A stretch of DNA of 64,000 bases from an uncultured Collinsella sp. GTDB taxonomy: Bacteria > Actinomycetota > Coriobacteriia > Coriobacteriales > Coriobacteriaceae. The first letter of the stretch is position 1. Every line of letters begins with the position of its first letter. The DNA is taken from the NCBI GenBank assembly GCA_902466285.1, contig CABQQK010000001.1, forward strand, positions 31,702 through 95,701, read 5' to 3'. This document shows, piece after piece, positions 7,903-16,617 of the stretch. The position numbers and the translations under genes were made by a program. The notes under the pieces were generated by a model, which ran no database searches, was not told where the DNA came from, and was given only the letters and a program-made list of their open reading frames with translations.

Positions 7903-10635
7903 GTGATGGGACGTGGTATGGCAGCAACGGATATCGAGCGCGGACTCTCGACCGCCGAGGTCGAGGAGCGCATCGCCGCCGGTAAGATCAACCGCAACAT
8001 GGAGCTCAAGACCAAGTCGGTCAAAGAGCTCATCATCGAGAACCTCTGCACGCTGTTCAATTTGATCAACGTGATTTTGGCGTTCCTAGTCATTTTGACC
8101 GGTTCGTTTAAGAATCTGACGTTCCTGTTCGTAGTGTTCCTCAATACTGCTATTGGCGTCATCCAGTCCATGCGTTCCAAGAAGATGGTCGATAAGCTCA
8201 CGCTGCTGACCTCCAAGAAGGCCACTGCGGTGCGCGACGGCGCCGAGGTGGAGCTCGACCTGGACCAGATCGTGCTCGACGACATCATCCGCCTGGGGCG
8301 CGGCGACCAGATCCCCGCTGACGCCGTGGTGGTTTCGGGCGAGGCGCTCGTGAACGAGAGCCTGCTGACGGGCGAGAGCGATCTTATTAAGAAACAGCCC
8401 GGTTCCGAGCTCATGAGCGGCAGCTTTATCGACTCGGGTCTGCTGCGCGCCCGCGTGATCCATGTCGGCGCCGACAACTACGTGGCCAAAATTAATAACG
8501 AGGCCAAGTACGTCAAAAAGGTCAATTCCGAGATCATGAACGCGCTTAACGCCATCGTGCGCTTTGCGAGCATCATCATGATCCCGCTCGGTTTGGCGTT
8601 GTTTGCCTCGAGCGTGAGCGAGCTGTGGGATGCCGCGGGAACCCCGGGCAATAGCGCGCTTTCGTGGTGCTTCTCCGAGCTGTTGGCTGGTCATGTGCCT
8701 TCGTCGGCGCTGCTGTCCACGGTGGGCGCCCTGCTGGGCATGATCCCGCAAGGCCTGGTGCTGCTGACCTCGTCGGTGCTCGCCATCGCCACGGTGCGCC
8801 TGGCCCGCCGCAAGGTACTCGCGCAGCAGCTCTACTGCATTGAGACGCTCGCGCGCGTCGACGTGCTGTGCCTGGACAAGACGGGCACCATCACGTCGGG
8901 TCGCATGGAGGTCGAGGGTACGTATCCGCTGCCGGTCGAGGGTATGGGTGCGGGGGAGGGCGACGCCGCCGTTCCCGTCGATACCACGGTGCTCGATTTT
9001 GCTCTGGATAACGTGGCGCGTGCGACTTCGGCCGATGCCAACGAGACCTGTCAGGCGCTGCTCAACTATTACGCCGACCGTCCGGTCGAGGTGTCCGAGC
9101 CGCTGTCGGTCATTCCGTTCTCGTCTTCCAAAAAGTGGAGCGGCGCGTCGTTTGCACAGGGCTCCTATGTGATGGGTGCGGCGCAGTTTGTGCTCTCTGA
9201 TCGTGCGTTTGCCCAGGTCGAGAACCGTGTCGCCGAGCTTGCCGATACCTGCCGCGTGCTCGTGGTGGCGCGCGTGGACGGCTTTACGCCCGATGGCGAT
9301 ATGGTGGGCGAGGCCGAGCCCGTGGGCTTTGTGACCATCCGCGACGAGATTCGTACCTCGGCGGCCGAGACCATCGGCTACTTTAACGAGCAGGGCGTGA
9401 CGCTCAACGTGATCAGTGGCGACGACCCGCGTACGGTGTCGTCGATCGCGCGCGTGGTGGGCGTGCCGGGGGCGGACGCTTATGTGGACGCCACGACGCT
9501 CGATACGCCGGCCAAGCTCGATGCCGCAGTGGACCGCTACCATGTCTTTGGTCGTGTGACCCCGCAGCAGAAGCGCGAGCTCGTGCAGGCGCTCAAGCGC
9601 CGCGAGCACACCGTGGCCATGACAGGCGACGGCGTCAACGACGTGCTGGCGCTCAAGGAGGCCGACTGCTCCGTGGCCATGGCGGCCGGCTCCGATGCCG
9701 CGCGTAACGTGGCCGAGATCGTGCTCGTCGACAACGACTTTGCCTCGATGCCCGCCGTGGTGGCCGAGGGCCGTCGCTCCATCAACAACCTGCAGCGTTC
9801 GGCTTCGCTGTTCCTGACTAAGACGCTGTTCTCGATGGGCCTGGCGGCGCTGTGCATCGCGCTGCCGCCGTACCCTTTCGAGCCGATTCAGATGACGCTC
9901 ATCAACTTCTTCTGCATCGGCGCGCCGGGCTTTGTGTTGGGCCTGGAGCCCAACAATGCTCGCGTGAAGGGGTCGTTCCTGACGAACGTGCTCAAGCGGG
10001 CACTGCCGGCGTCGATTGCGGTCATTTTGGCCGCGGCGCTCGATATCTTTGTGGCGCGCGTGTTTGGCTTTAACCAGCTCACGCTGTCTACGATGTGCCT
10101 ACTTACGTCGTGCGCGGCGAGCGTCAGCCTGATCTGGCGTATCTCGCAGCCCCTCACGCCCTTACGTGTGGCGCTCTTTGTGTTTGTAGTTGCCGGCATC
10201 CTGGTGGGCGTTATCGGATTCCCGAAGCTGCTGTCTATTGCTAACCTGTCGATGGGCCAGATGGTTATCTTGGCTGTCATCGTGGTCATTACCTGCTCGG
10301 TGTTCTTTAAGCTCGCCACGATGATGGATTCGCTCAAGCCGCGTCGTCGTCATGCCGCAACTGGTTTTGGCCGCGGTGTGCGCGTCCGCTTGGGTCGCGG
10401 TGGCGGCAAGGTGAGCTCGACGGGTTCGACGGCCGAGCGTTTTGCCAAGCGCGTCGCCGCCGACATGGCGCAGCGCCGCGAAGCTCGCACCGTTCGCGAG
10501 GCCGAGGCCCGCGCACTCGAGGGCGTGGCCCAGGCCCAGCCCAAGAAAAAGAAGGGTAGCGGCGCCAAGCGCTCCCGCGTGACCAAGTCCGCCCAAGGCA
10601 TCAAAGTCTCGATGCCAAGCAAAAAGAAGAAGTAA
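7903..10635 (+). CDS. P-type cation-transporting ATPase (P2/P3-like; Ca2+/Mg2+-type HAD ATPase) with an unusual basic C-terminal tail
   Basis: The 910-aa ORF carries TGES, the DKTGTIT phosphorylation motif, the GDGVNDVLALKEADCSVAMA hinge and ten predicted TM segments. The last ~110 aa are Arg/Lys-rich and end in KKKK. Confidence 0.85.
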   Translation: MMGRGMAATDIERGLSTAEVEERIAAGKINRNMELKTKSVKELIIENLCTLFNLINVILAFLVILTGSFKNLTFLFVVFLNTAIGVIQSMRSKKMVDKLTLLTSKKATAVRDGAEVELDLDQIVLDDIIRLGRGDQIPADAVVVSGEALVNESLLTGESDLIKKQPGSELMSGSFIDSGLLRARVIHVGADNYVAKINNEAKYVKKVNSEIMNALNAIVRFASIIMIPLGLALFASSVSELWDAAGTPGNSALSWCFSELLAGHVPSSALLSTVGALLGMIPQGLVLLTSSVLAIATVRLARRKVLAQQLYCIETLARVDVLCLDKTGTITSGRMEVEGTYPLPVEGMGAGEGDAAVPVDTTVLDFALDNVARATSADANETCQALLNYYADRPVEVSEPLSVIPFSSSKKWSGASFAQGSYVMGAAQFVLSDRAFAQVENRVAELADTCRVLVVARVDGFTPDGDMVGEAEPVGFVTIRDEIRTSAAETIGYFNEQGVTLNVISGDDPRTVSSIARVVGVPGADAYVDATTLDTPAKLDAAVDRYHVFGRVTPQQKRELVQALKRREHTVAMTGDGVNDVLALKEADCSVAMAAGSDAARNVAEIVLVDNDFASMPAVVAEGRRSINNLQRSASLFLTKTLFSMGLAALCIALPPYPFEPIQMTLINFFCIGAPGFVLGLEPNNARVKGSFLTNVLKRALPASIAVILAAALDIFVARVFGFNQLTLSTMCLLTSCAASVSLIWRISQPLTPLRVALFVFVVAGILVGVIGFPKLLSIANLSMGQMVILAVIVVITCSVFFKLATMMDSLKPRRRHAATGFGRGVRVRLGRGGGKVSSTGSTAERFAKRVAADMAQRREARTVREAEARALEGVAQAQPKKKKGSGAKRSRVTKSAQGIKVSMPSKKKK

Positions 10636-10738
10636 CTACGCGCCCTGGCGATGTTGAATTGGTGCCTTGCTCCTGTGGGGCCGTGGCGATGTTATGCTCT
10701 AACCTCGATTGTTTGAATTGCTTCGAAAAGAGGATGCC

Positions 10739-11881
10739 GTGATCTGCCCGCATTGCCTTAAGACTATCGAGGACGGCGCCTCGTTCTGCCCCTACTGCAA
10801 CGCCTATGTGGGTCCGGGCGATGGTCCCGAGCACACCGAGTTCGTGTTCTGTGAGGGCTGCGGTGCCCGTCTTTCTCCGCATGATCGTACGTGCCCCAAA
10901 TGCGGACGCCCCGCTCCGGGTATCCTCTCCGAGGACGCGGCGGCATCCGACCTGGCAGCGGGCCGCACGGCGGGCTTTCCGCGCCTAACGCAAGAGCAGA
11001 TCGATACCGAGGTGCCGCATGCGCCGGCCTCTGCCGCTGCGGTGCTTTCGGACGCCGCCGACCCCAATGAGACCTGCGTGCTGCCAGCTTTCGATAAGGA
11101 TTTCGGTATCCCCAAGGTCGATATTCCCATGCCCGTTTCCCTGCATGACGATGCTCAAAAACCCAAGCGCAAGGTGCACCCCGACGAGGATGCCTATCAC
11201 AAGCACAAGCGTCATATTCCCAAGCCGCTTATCGTCATCGCGGTCCTTGCCGTCGTTTGCGGCGGTGCCTATTGGTTCGTGACGACCGATCCCATGGGTG
11301 TCATGCCTGGCTTCTACGACCAGTTTGGCCAGGCCGCGCAGACGACCTTCCCCACGCGCCAAAAGGGCGAGGCCACTGAGGACGATACCAAGCAGGACGA
11401 TTCTGCCGAGGTGGTCCAGGAAGAAACCGTGCTCACCGATGATCAGCTCTATACCAGGCTCGACGGTCTGTATCAGACCATCGTGTCCTACGCTGACGAA
11501 GACCAGATCGGCGAGGTCATCGATTCCTTTAACAACGGCTATCTCCGAACGCCGCTGTCCACCCGTCAGGAGCTGTCGCAGAGTGCCTACGCCCTGCGCG
11601 ACCAGATCAAAAAGACGCAAGATGAGCTTAACAACCTGAAAGTACAGGACGATACGGTCTATGCGGACGACATCGCCCACTTAAAGCAGCTTGCCGAGTG
11701 GATGTATGAGCGCGTCGACGTGATCTGCCAGAGTTGGGACATCTCGCTGGCCATTCCCGATGGCGAGTCGATGAGTTCCCACCAAAGCGAGATCCTGGCG
11801 CCCATCGCGCAGGGTGGCAACAGCGCGCTGAACCAGTACGACGCCAATGTGGGTTCCTGGAAGCCGCAGCAGCGTTTCTAA
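10739..11881 (+). CDS. Double zinc-ribbon, single-pass membrane protein of unknown function
   Basis: Two CxxC...CxxC ribbons (CPHCLKTIEDGASFCPYCNAY; CEGCGARLSPHDRTCPKCGRP), then one hydrophobic helix (LIVIAVLAVVCGGAYWFV) and a ~190-aa acidic C-terminal domain. The start was taken as GTG ~10739 downstream of AAGAGGA; the track ORF begins at 10709. Confidence 0.6.
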   Translation: MICPHCLKTIEDGASFCPYCNAYVGPGDGPEHTEFVFCEGCGARLSPHDRTCPKCGRPAPGILSEDAAASDLAAGRTAGFPRLTQEQIDTEVPHAPASAAAVLSDAADPNETCVLPAFDKDFGIPKVDIPMPVSLHDDAQKPKRKVHPDEDAYHKHKRHIPKPLIVIAVLAVVCGGAYWFVTTDPMGVMPGFYDQFGQAAQTTFPTRQKGEATEDDTKQDDSAEVVQEETVLTDDQLYTRLDGLYQTIVSYADEDQIGEVIDSFNNGYLRTPLSTRQELSQSAYALRDQIKKTQDELNNLKVQDDTVYADDIAHLKQLAEWMYERVDVICQSWDISLAIPDGESMSSHQSEILAPIAQGGNSALNQYDANVGSWKPQQRF

Positions 11882-11988
11882 AATTAGTTCGCCATAGTCG
11901 GCATAACCTACGTGCGCAATTGATGTAAGCCCGTGCTTATTGCTACAATTCGTACAAATATGCTTTAAACGCACGAGGAAGGAACCAC

Positions 11989-12531
11989 ATGTTTGGTTTT
12001 AAGAAAGAGCTCTACACGCCCGAGTATCAGCTTGTCGGCGACGAGCGCGCCGTAATCGAGACGTCGAAGGGTACCATCAAGGTCAAGTTTGACGGCGAGG
12101 GCGCTCCCATTCATGTCGCGAACTTCTGCGAGCTTTCCACGATGGGCTTCTATGATGGCCTTAAGTTCCATCGCTATGTGCCCGGTTTTGTTATCCAGGG
12201 CGGGGACCCCAATACCCGCGACATGTCCGGCGCCGACGTCGCCGCCGGTCTTGAGGGCCCCGACGGCATGCCCGGTACCGGTGGCCCCGGCTACTGCATC
12301 AAGGGCGAGTTCGCCACCAATCCGCGCAACAGCCATGTCGATGGCGCCCTTGCCATGGCGCGCTCCATGGACCCCGATTCCGCGGGTTCGCAGTTCTACT
12401 TCTGCCTGGGCGCCCAGCATAACCTCGATTCCGGTTACACCGTCTTTGGTACCACGGTCGAGGGTCTCGATGTGATTTCGCAGCTGCGTGCCGGCGACGA
12501 GATCGTCCATGTCGAGATCGTTCACGAGTAA
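11989..12531 (+). CDS. ppiB: Peptidyl-prolyl cis-trans isomerase, cyclophilin type
   Basis: The 180-aa ORF carries cyclophilin motifs FHRYVPGFVIQGGDP and GSQFYFCLG. Confidence 0.85.
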   Translation: MFGFKKELYTPEYQLVGDERAVIETSKGTIKVKFDGEGAPIHVANFCELSTMGFYDGLKFHRYVPGFVIQGGDPNTRDMSGADVAAGLEGPDGMPGTGGPGYCIKGEFATNPRNSHVDGALAMARSMDPDSAGSQFYFCLGAQHNLDSGYTVFGTTVEGLDVISQLRAGDEIVHVEIVHE

Positions 12532-12542
12532 AGGGGACTTCC

Positions 12543-13847
12543 TTGAATAGCCAGCTGATCCAACAGGGCCGCGCCGCTTACCGCGCGGGTGATTTTTCCG
12601 CTGCAGCCCAGATGCTTGGGGCGGCAAAGACTCCCGATGAGATTATGGGCGAGGCAGATCACCTTCGCGGCAACGCCTTGATGCACCTGGGCATGTATGC
12701 CGAGGCCGCCGAGGCCTATGCCGCCGCCCTCAACGACGGCACCTACGGCAAGCGCGGCGCGCTGCTCACCAACCGCGGCAAGGCGCTTGCCGCCGTGGGC
12801 GACTACACGACGGCCGCTCAGGCGTTCTCTGCTGCTACGCAGGATGCTTCCTATGCCACGCCGTTCAAGGCCTATCTGGGCCTGGGCAATGCGCTGTTCC
12901 AGTCGGGCGACTATGCCAACGCAGGAACCGCCTTCCGTCAGGCTGCCATCGACGGCGCCAATCCGGCTCCTGCCGCCGCACTCGGCGAGCTCGGTCGTTG
13001 CTTCATTAAGCTCGGCCGTCCGGCGGATGCCGTGGAGACCTACCGCACGGCTATCGACTTTGCCGGCCCCCGCGACGACACGCGTGCGCTCAACGCCGGC
13101 ATGGGTCAGGCGCTTTCTGCCGCCGGCCGTCCCTCCGACGCACTCGACGCCTTTAACGCCGCTACTGCCGATGGCATCTACCAGCTCACCTCCGAGCAGG
13201 CCGATGAGCTTGCCCGCGTGCACGATTCGCTTGCCGCGCTGTCTGCCCAGACGGCTATGGCCACGGCTCCGGCGCCCGCGATGGACGCTCCTGCCGTCGA
13301 TCCTCTCGATCCTACGGGCGCGACCGGTCAGTTTATGCCCGATCCCTCGGACACCGGCTTCTTTACGCTGTCCGAGTCCGAGATGGTCCAGCAGGACCGT
13401 CAGGATCGTAAGCAGGCCAAGGTCCGTCGTCGCCATCGCCACACGGGTCTTAAAGTCTTCATCGTGCTGCTTCTGCTCATTTTGATCGCCGCGGGCGGTC
13501 TGGGCTTTGCCTACACGCGCGGCTTTGGCTTCCCGTCTCAGGAGTCTGTCGTTACCGATCTGTTCCAGGCTGCCGGCGACGGTGACGCCGCAAAGGCCGA
13601 GTCTTGCCTGGCCTCGAGCCTGTCCGAGGACGCTAAGTCGATGATCATCTCCTCGATTCCGCAGGGTGCCACCGTGTCCGTCGAGGGCATGGATCAGTCC
13701 ATGACCGAGACGACCGCCAAGGTGAAGGCATCGCTGTCCAAGGGCGGCGAGCAGGAGTACACCGTCAAATTCGTGCGCTCCGACAACCATATCGGCTGGG
13801 CCGTTTCTTCGCTTGATATGGATTTCTCGGCTGCTGACAACCAGTAG
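12543..13847 (+). CDS. TPR-repeat, single-pass membrane protein of unknown function
   Basis: TTG start after the SD AAAGGGGA. The N-terminal ~230 aa are Ala/Gly-rich TPR-like repeats (repeated AY..LG.A......Y..A...F..A). A basic stretch (KVRRRHRH) and a TM helix (VFIVLLLLILIAAGGLGFAY) follow, then a ~110-aa C-terminal domain. Confidence 0.65.
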   Translation: MNSQLIQQGRAAYRAGDFSAAAQMLGAAKTPDEIMGEADHLRGNALMHLGMYAEAAEAYAAALNDGTYGKRGALLTNRGKALAAVGDYTTAAQAFSAATQDASYATPFKAYLGLGNALFQSGDYANAGTAFRQAAIDGANPAPAAALGELGRCFIKLGRPADAVETYRTAIDFAGPRDDTRALNAGMGQALSAAGRPSDALDAFNAATADGIYQLTSEQADELARVHDSLAALSAQTAMATAPAPAMDAPAVDPLDPTGATGQFMPDPSDTGFFTLSESEMVQQDRQDRKQAKVRRRHRHTGLKVFIVLLLLILIAAGGLGFAYTRGFGFPSQESVVTDLFQAAGDGDAAKAESCLASSLSEDAKSMIISSIPQGATVSVEGMDQSMTETTAKVKASLSKGGEQEYTVKFVRSDNHIGWAVSSLDMDFSAADNQ

Positions 13848-13869
13848 TGACCTTATGGGATTTAGCTTT

Positions 13870-13902
13870 GCCCGGCGCTTCACCGCAAGTGAGGCGCCGG
13901 GC
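13870..13902 (+). terminator. GC-rich hairpin downstream of the TPR gene (candidate terminator)
   Basis: GCCCGGCGCTTCAC-CGCAA-GTGAGGCGCCGGGC forms a 14-bp stem; the trailing T-run is weak. Confidence 0.4.
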
Positions 13903-13962
13903 TTGCGCTAGTATGATGAGCTAGTAGTTTTCCAGCAATCATCCAACACATCAGGAGTTGCG

Positions 13963-15006
13963 TTGTTTTCTTTGATGGATATGTTCTTCGGTAGCTATGC
14001 GGGCGATCTTGCCATCGACCTCGGCACCGCCAATACGCTTGTCTCCGTGCGCGGCAAGGGCATCGTCATTCGCGAGCCCTCTGTTGTCGCCATCGACAAG
14101 AACGACGAGCGCATCTTGGCGGTCGGTATCGAGGCAAAGCGCATGCTCGGCCGTACGCCCGGCAACATCGTGGCCGTTCGTCCCCTGAAGGACGGCGTCA
14201 TCGCCGACTTCGATGTTACCGAGGCCATGCTTCGCTACTTTATCGACAAGGCGTCCGAGAAGCGCTATCCGTGGACTCCGCGTCCGCGTGTTGTCGTCTG
14301 CGTTCCCTCCGGTGTCACGTCGGTCGAGAAGCGCGCTGTTTTTGAGGCCACGATCCAGGCCGGTGCCCGCCAGGCCTATCTGATCGAAGAGCCTATGGCG
14401 GCTGCCATCGGCGCCGACCTGCCCGTCGAGGAACCCACCGGCTCCATGGTCATCGACATCGGTGGCGGTACCACCGAGGTTGCCGTTATCGCTATGGGCG
14501 GCATCGTCGTCTCGCAGTCCATCCGTATTGCCGGCGATGAGTTCGATCAGGCCATCCTCACGCACGTTCGCGATGCCTACAACCTGGCTATCGGCGAGCG
14601 TACGGCAGAGGACATCAAGATCAAAGTCGGCTCCGCCGTGCCGCTCAAGGACGAGCTCGACGTCGAGGTCAACGGCCGCGACGTGATCACCGGTCTGCCT
14701 AAGACCGTGCGCATCGAGAGCGAGGAGATTCGTCGCGCACTCAACAAGCCGCTCGACGAGATGGCCAAGGCCGTCAAGGACGCACTCGACGCTACGCCTC
14801 CCGATCTTGCCTCGGACCTTATGTACTATGGCATTTTGCTGACCGGTGGCGGCGCGCTGCTGCGCGGTCTCGATGTGCGCCTGCGCGATGAGACCGGCGT
14901 TTCGGTCAATGTTAGCCCCACGGCGCTCGATAACGTTGTTAACGGCTGTGCCCGCGTGCTCGAGGCCAATGCGTTTGATGGCGGCTTCGTCCAGACCAAT
15001 GCTTAA
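13963..15006 (+). CDS. mreB: Rod shape-determining actin homologue MreB
   Basis: Carries IDLGTANTLVSV, the DIGGGTTEVAVIAMGG phosphate-2 motif and LTGGGALLRGLD. The start is ambiguous among TTG 13963, ATG 13975 and ATG 13981. Confidence 0.9.
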   Translation: MFSLMDMFFGSYAGDLAIDLGTANTLVSVRGKGIVIREPSVVAIDKNDERILAVGIEAKRMLGRTPGNIVAVRPLKDGVIADFDVTEAMLRYFIDKASEKRYPWTPRPRVVVCVPSGVTSVEKRAVFEATIQAGARQAYLIEEPMAAAIGADLPVEEPTGSMVIDIGGGTTEVAVIAMGGIVVSQSIRIAGDEFDQAILTHVRDAYNLAIGERTAEDIKIKVGSAVPLKDELDVEVNGRDVITGLPKTVRIESEEIRRALNKPLDEMAKAVKDALDATPPDLASDLMYYGILLTGGGALLRGLDVRLRDETGVSVNVSPTALDNVVNGCARVLEANAFDGGFVQTNA

Positions 15007-15027
15007 TTTCCAAAAGGTGGATTCCAT

Positions 15028-16026
15028 TTGGCACGATCTTCGGGTTTCTCCACAAATCTGAATACCAAGCGACAATCAACGGGTATGCGCCCGTTGATTG
15101 TTTTCAGCCTGATTTCGGTGTTGCTGCTCACGTTTTACATCCGCGAGGGCGAGGCAGGACCGATTCATGCCGTGCGCTCGGGCGTGACGACGATTACCTC
15201 GCCGGTGCGCTTTGTGGGCTCGGCTGTGGCGGCTCCCTTCAATGCGATCGGTAACGTGTTCTCTAACCTTACGGCGTCGCAGGACACGCTTGACGAGCTT
15301 AAGAAGCAAAACGAGGAACTGACCTCTAAGGTTGCCGAGCTCTCCGAGGCTCAAAAGACCGCCGAGCGACTGGAGGGGCTGGTCGGCCTGCAGTCGACCT
15401 ACAACCTCAAATCAACCGCAGCTCGTATTGTCGGCGCTTCGGGCGATGCCTGGACCTCGACCGTCACCATCGATAAGGGTTCTGCCGACGGTCTTACCAT
15501 CAACATGCCTGTGACGAGTTCTGCCGGTGTCATAGGCCAGATTATCGAGGTCTCGGCCAAGACGTCCACCGTGCGCCTGATCGGCGATGAGAACTCGGGC
15601 GTGTCCGCTATGGTGCAGGACACGCGCGCCCAGGGCATGCTGCAGGGTCAGGCTGACGGCACGCTGCGCCTTGAGTACGTGAGCGTCGACTCCGACGTTA
15701 AGGTTGGCGACATCATCGTGACCTCGGGCATTGGCGGTGTGTTCCCCAAGGGCCTTCCGCTCGGCACCGTCTCTTCGGTTGAGAAATCGGCAAACGACGT
15801 GTACTACACCATTGTGGTGCGCGCCCAGACGACGGCCGAGAACAACGAGGAAGTGCTGGTCATCACCTCGCTGACCGACGAACAGTCGGCCTCGGATGAG
15901 GACGTGAACACCGCTAATAGCACGCCGCAGGGAACGTCGCGCGATGCTGCGACCAAGACGAAGGACGAGAGCTCGGATGACAGTTCCGACACGTCCGAGA
16001 CGACCGATTCCGGCTCGAGCGAATAG
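15028..16026 (+). CDS. mreC: Rod shape-determining protein MreC
   Basis: TTG start 8 nt after AAAAGGTGG. N-terminal TM helix, a coiled-coil region (ELKKQNEELTSKVAELSEAQ) and MreC beta domains (GDIIVTSGIGGVFPKGLPLGTV). The C-terminus is an acidic Ser/Asp/Thr-rich tail. Confidence 0.85.
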   Translation: MARSSGFSTNLNTKRQSTGMRPLIVFSLISVLLLTFYIREGEAGPIHAVRSGVTTITSPVRFVGSAVAAPFNAIGNVFSNLTASQDTLDELKKQNEELTSKVAELSEAQKTAERLEGLVGLQSTYNLKSTAARIVGASGDAWTSTVTIDKGSADGLTINMPVTSSAGVIGQIIEVSAKTSTVRLIGDENSGVSAMVQDTRAQGMLQGQADGTLRLEYVSVDSDVKVGDIIVTSGIGGVFPKGLPLGTVSSVEKSANDVYYTIVVRAQTTAENNEEVLVITSLTDEQSASDEDVNTANSTPQGTSRDAATKTKDESSDDSSDTSETTDSGSSE

Positions 16027-16031
16027 GGGGC

Positions 16032-16604
16032 ATGTCCATGGATCTACACGAGCAGGGGATGAGCTCCCGCACGTTTGTAATCGCCGCCATTGTGTGCGTG
16101 CTGCTGCAGGCAGGCCTGGCACCGCAGATCTCCATTGCGGGCGGTCGCGTCAACTTTATGATTATCCTGGTGTGCCTAAGCGTGTTCTCGGGCGACCCGA
16201 CCCGTGCCGTCGTGTGCGGTTTTTGCAGCGGCTTGTTCTATGACCTTTCCGCTGCCGTGCCGGTGGGCGTTATGTCGCTCCTGCTGACCGTGGGTTCTTT
16301 TGCCCTGGTGCATAGCGCTGCCGGTCAGACGGGCGGTGCCCCGAGTGCGCGCGGCATCACGGTGGGCGCCTTCGCGTTCGTCATTAATGTGATCTACAGC
16401 ATCATCTTGCTGTTTATGGGTTTGGAGACGAGCTTTGTCGTGGCGATCTTCGGCCATGCGCTGCCGTCTTCGATCCTGACGGGTCTGGTTGCCATTCCGT
16501 TTTTGATGTCCGGCGTCGTGCCGCAGTCCGGTTATGGATTCTCCGCACGTGGCGGACGCCAGACGGGCATGCGCTTTAAGCCCAAGACCCGTAAGCTCAA
16601 ATAG
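16032..16604 (+). CDS. mreD: Rod shape-determining protein MreD (polytopic membrane)
   Basis: A 190-aa highly hydrophobic ORF immediately 3' of mreC, in the canonical position. The sequence itself is weakly diagnostic. Confidence 0.7.
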   Translation: MSMDLHEQGMSSRTFVIAAIVCVLLQAGLAPQISIAGGRVNFMIILVCLSVFSGDPTRAVVCGFCSGLFYDLSAAVPVGVMSLLLTVGSFALVHSAAGQTGGAPSARGITVGAFAFVINVIYSIILLFMGLETSFVVAIFGHALPSSILTGLVAIPFLMSGVVPQSGYGFSARGGRQTGMRFKPKTRKLK

Positions 16605-16617
16605 GGGAGGCTCGTAG

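Noticed and set aside
7776-8477. A 233-aa minus-strand ORF overlapping the tRNA-Arg 3' end and the ATPase start
   Set aside because: It overlaps a well-folded tRNA and the 5' end of a strongly supported ATPase gene, and has no RBS or motifs.
8086-9609. A 507-aa minus-strand ORF
   Set aside because: It is antisense to the P-type ATPase (DKTGT, GDGVND present on the plus strand), with an Arg/His/Gly-rich low-complexity translation.
12522-13883. A 453-aa minus-strand ORF, and the 262-aa plus-strand ORF 12697..13485
   Set aside because: These are alternative-frame or antisense readings of the TPR membrane protein gene. The chosen frame has a coherent TPR-TM-domain architecture and an SD-preceded start.
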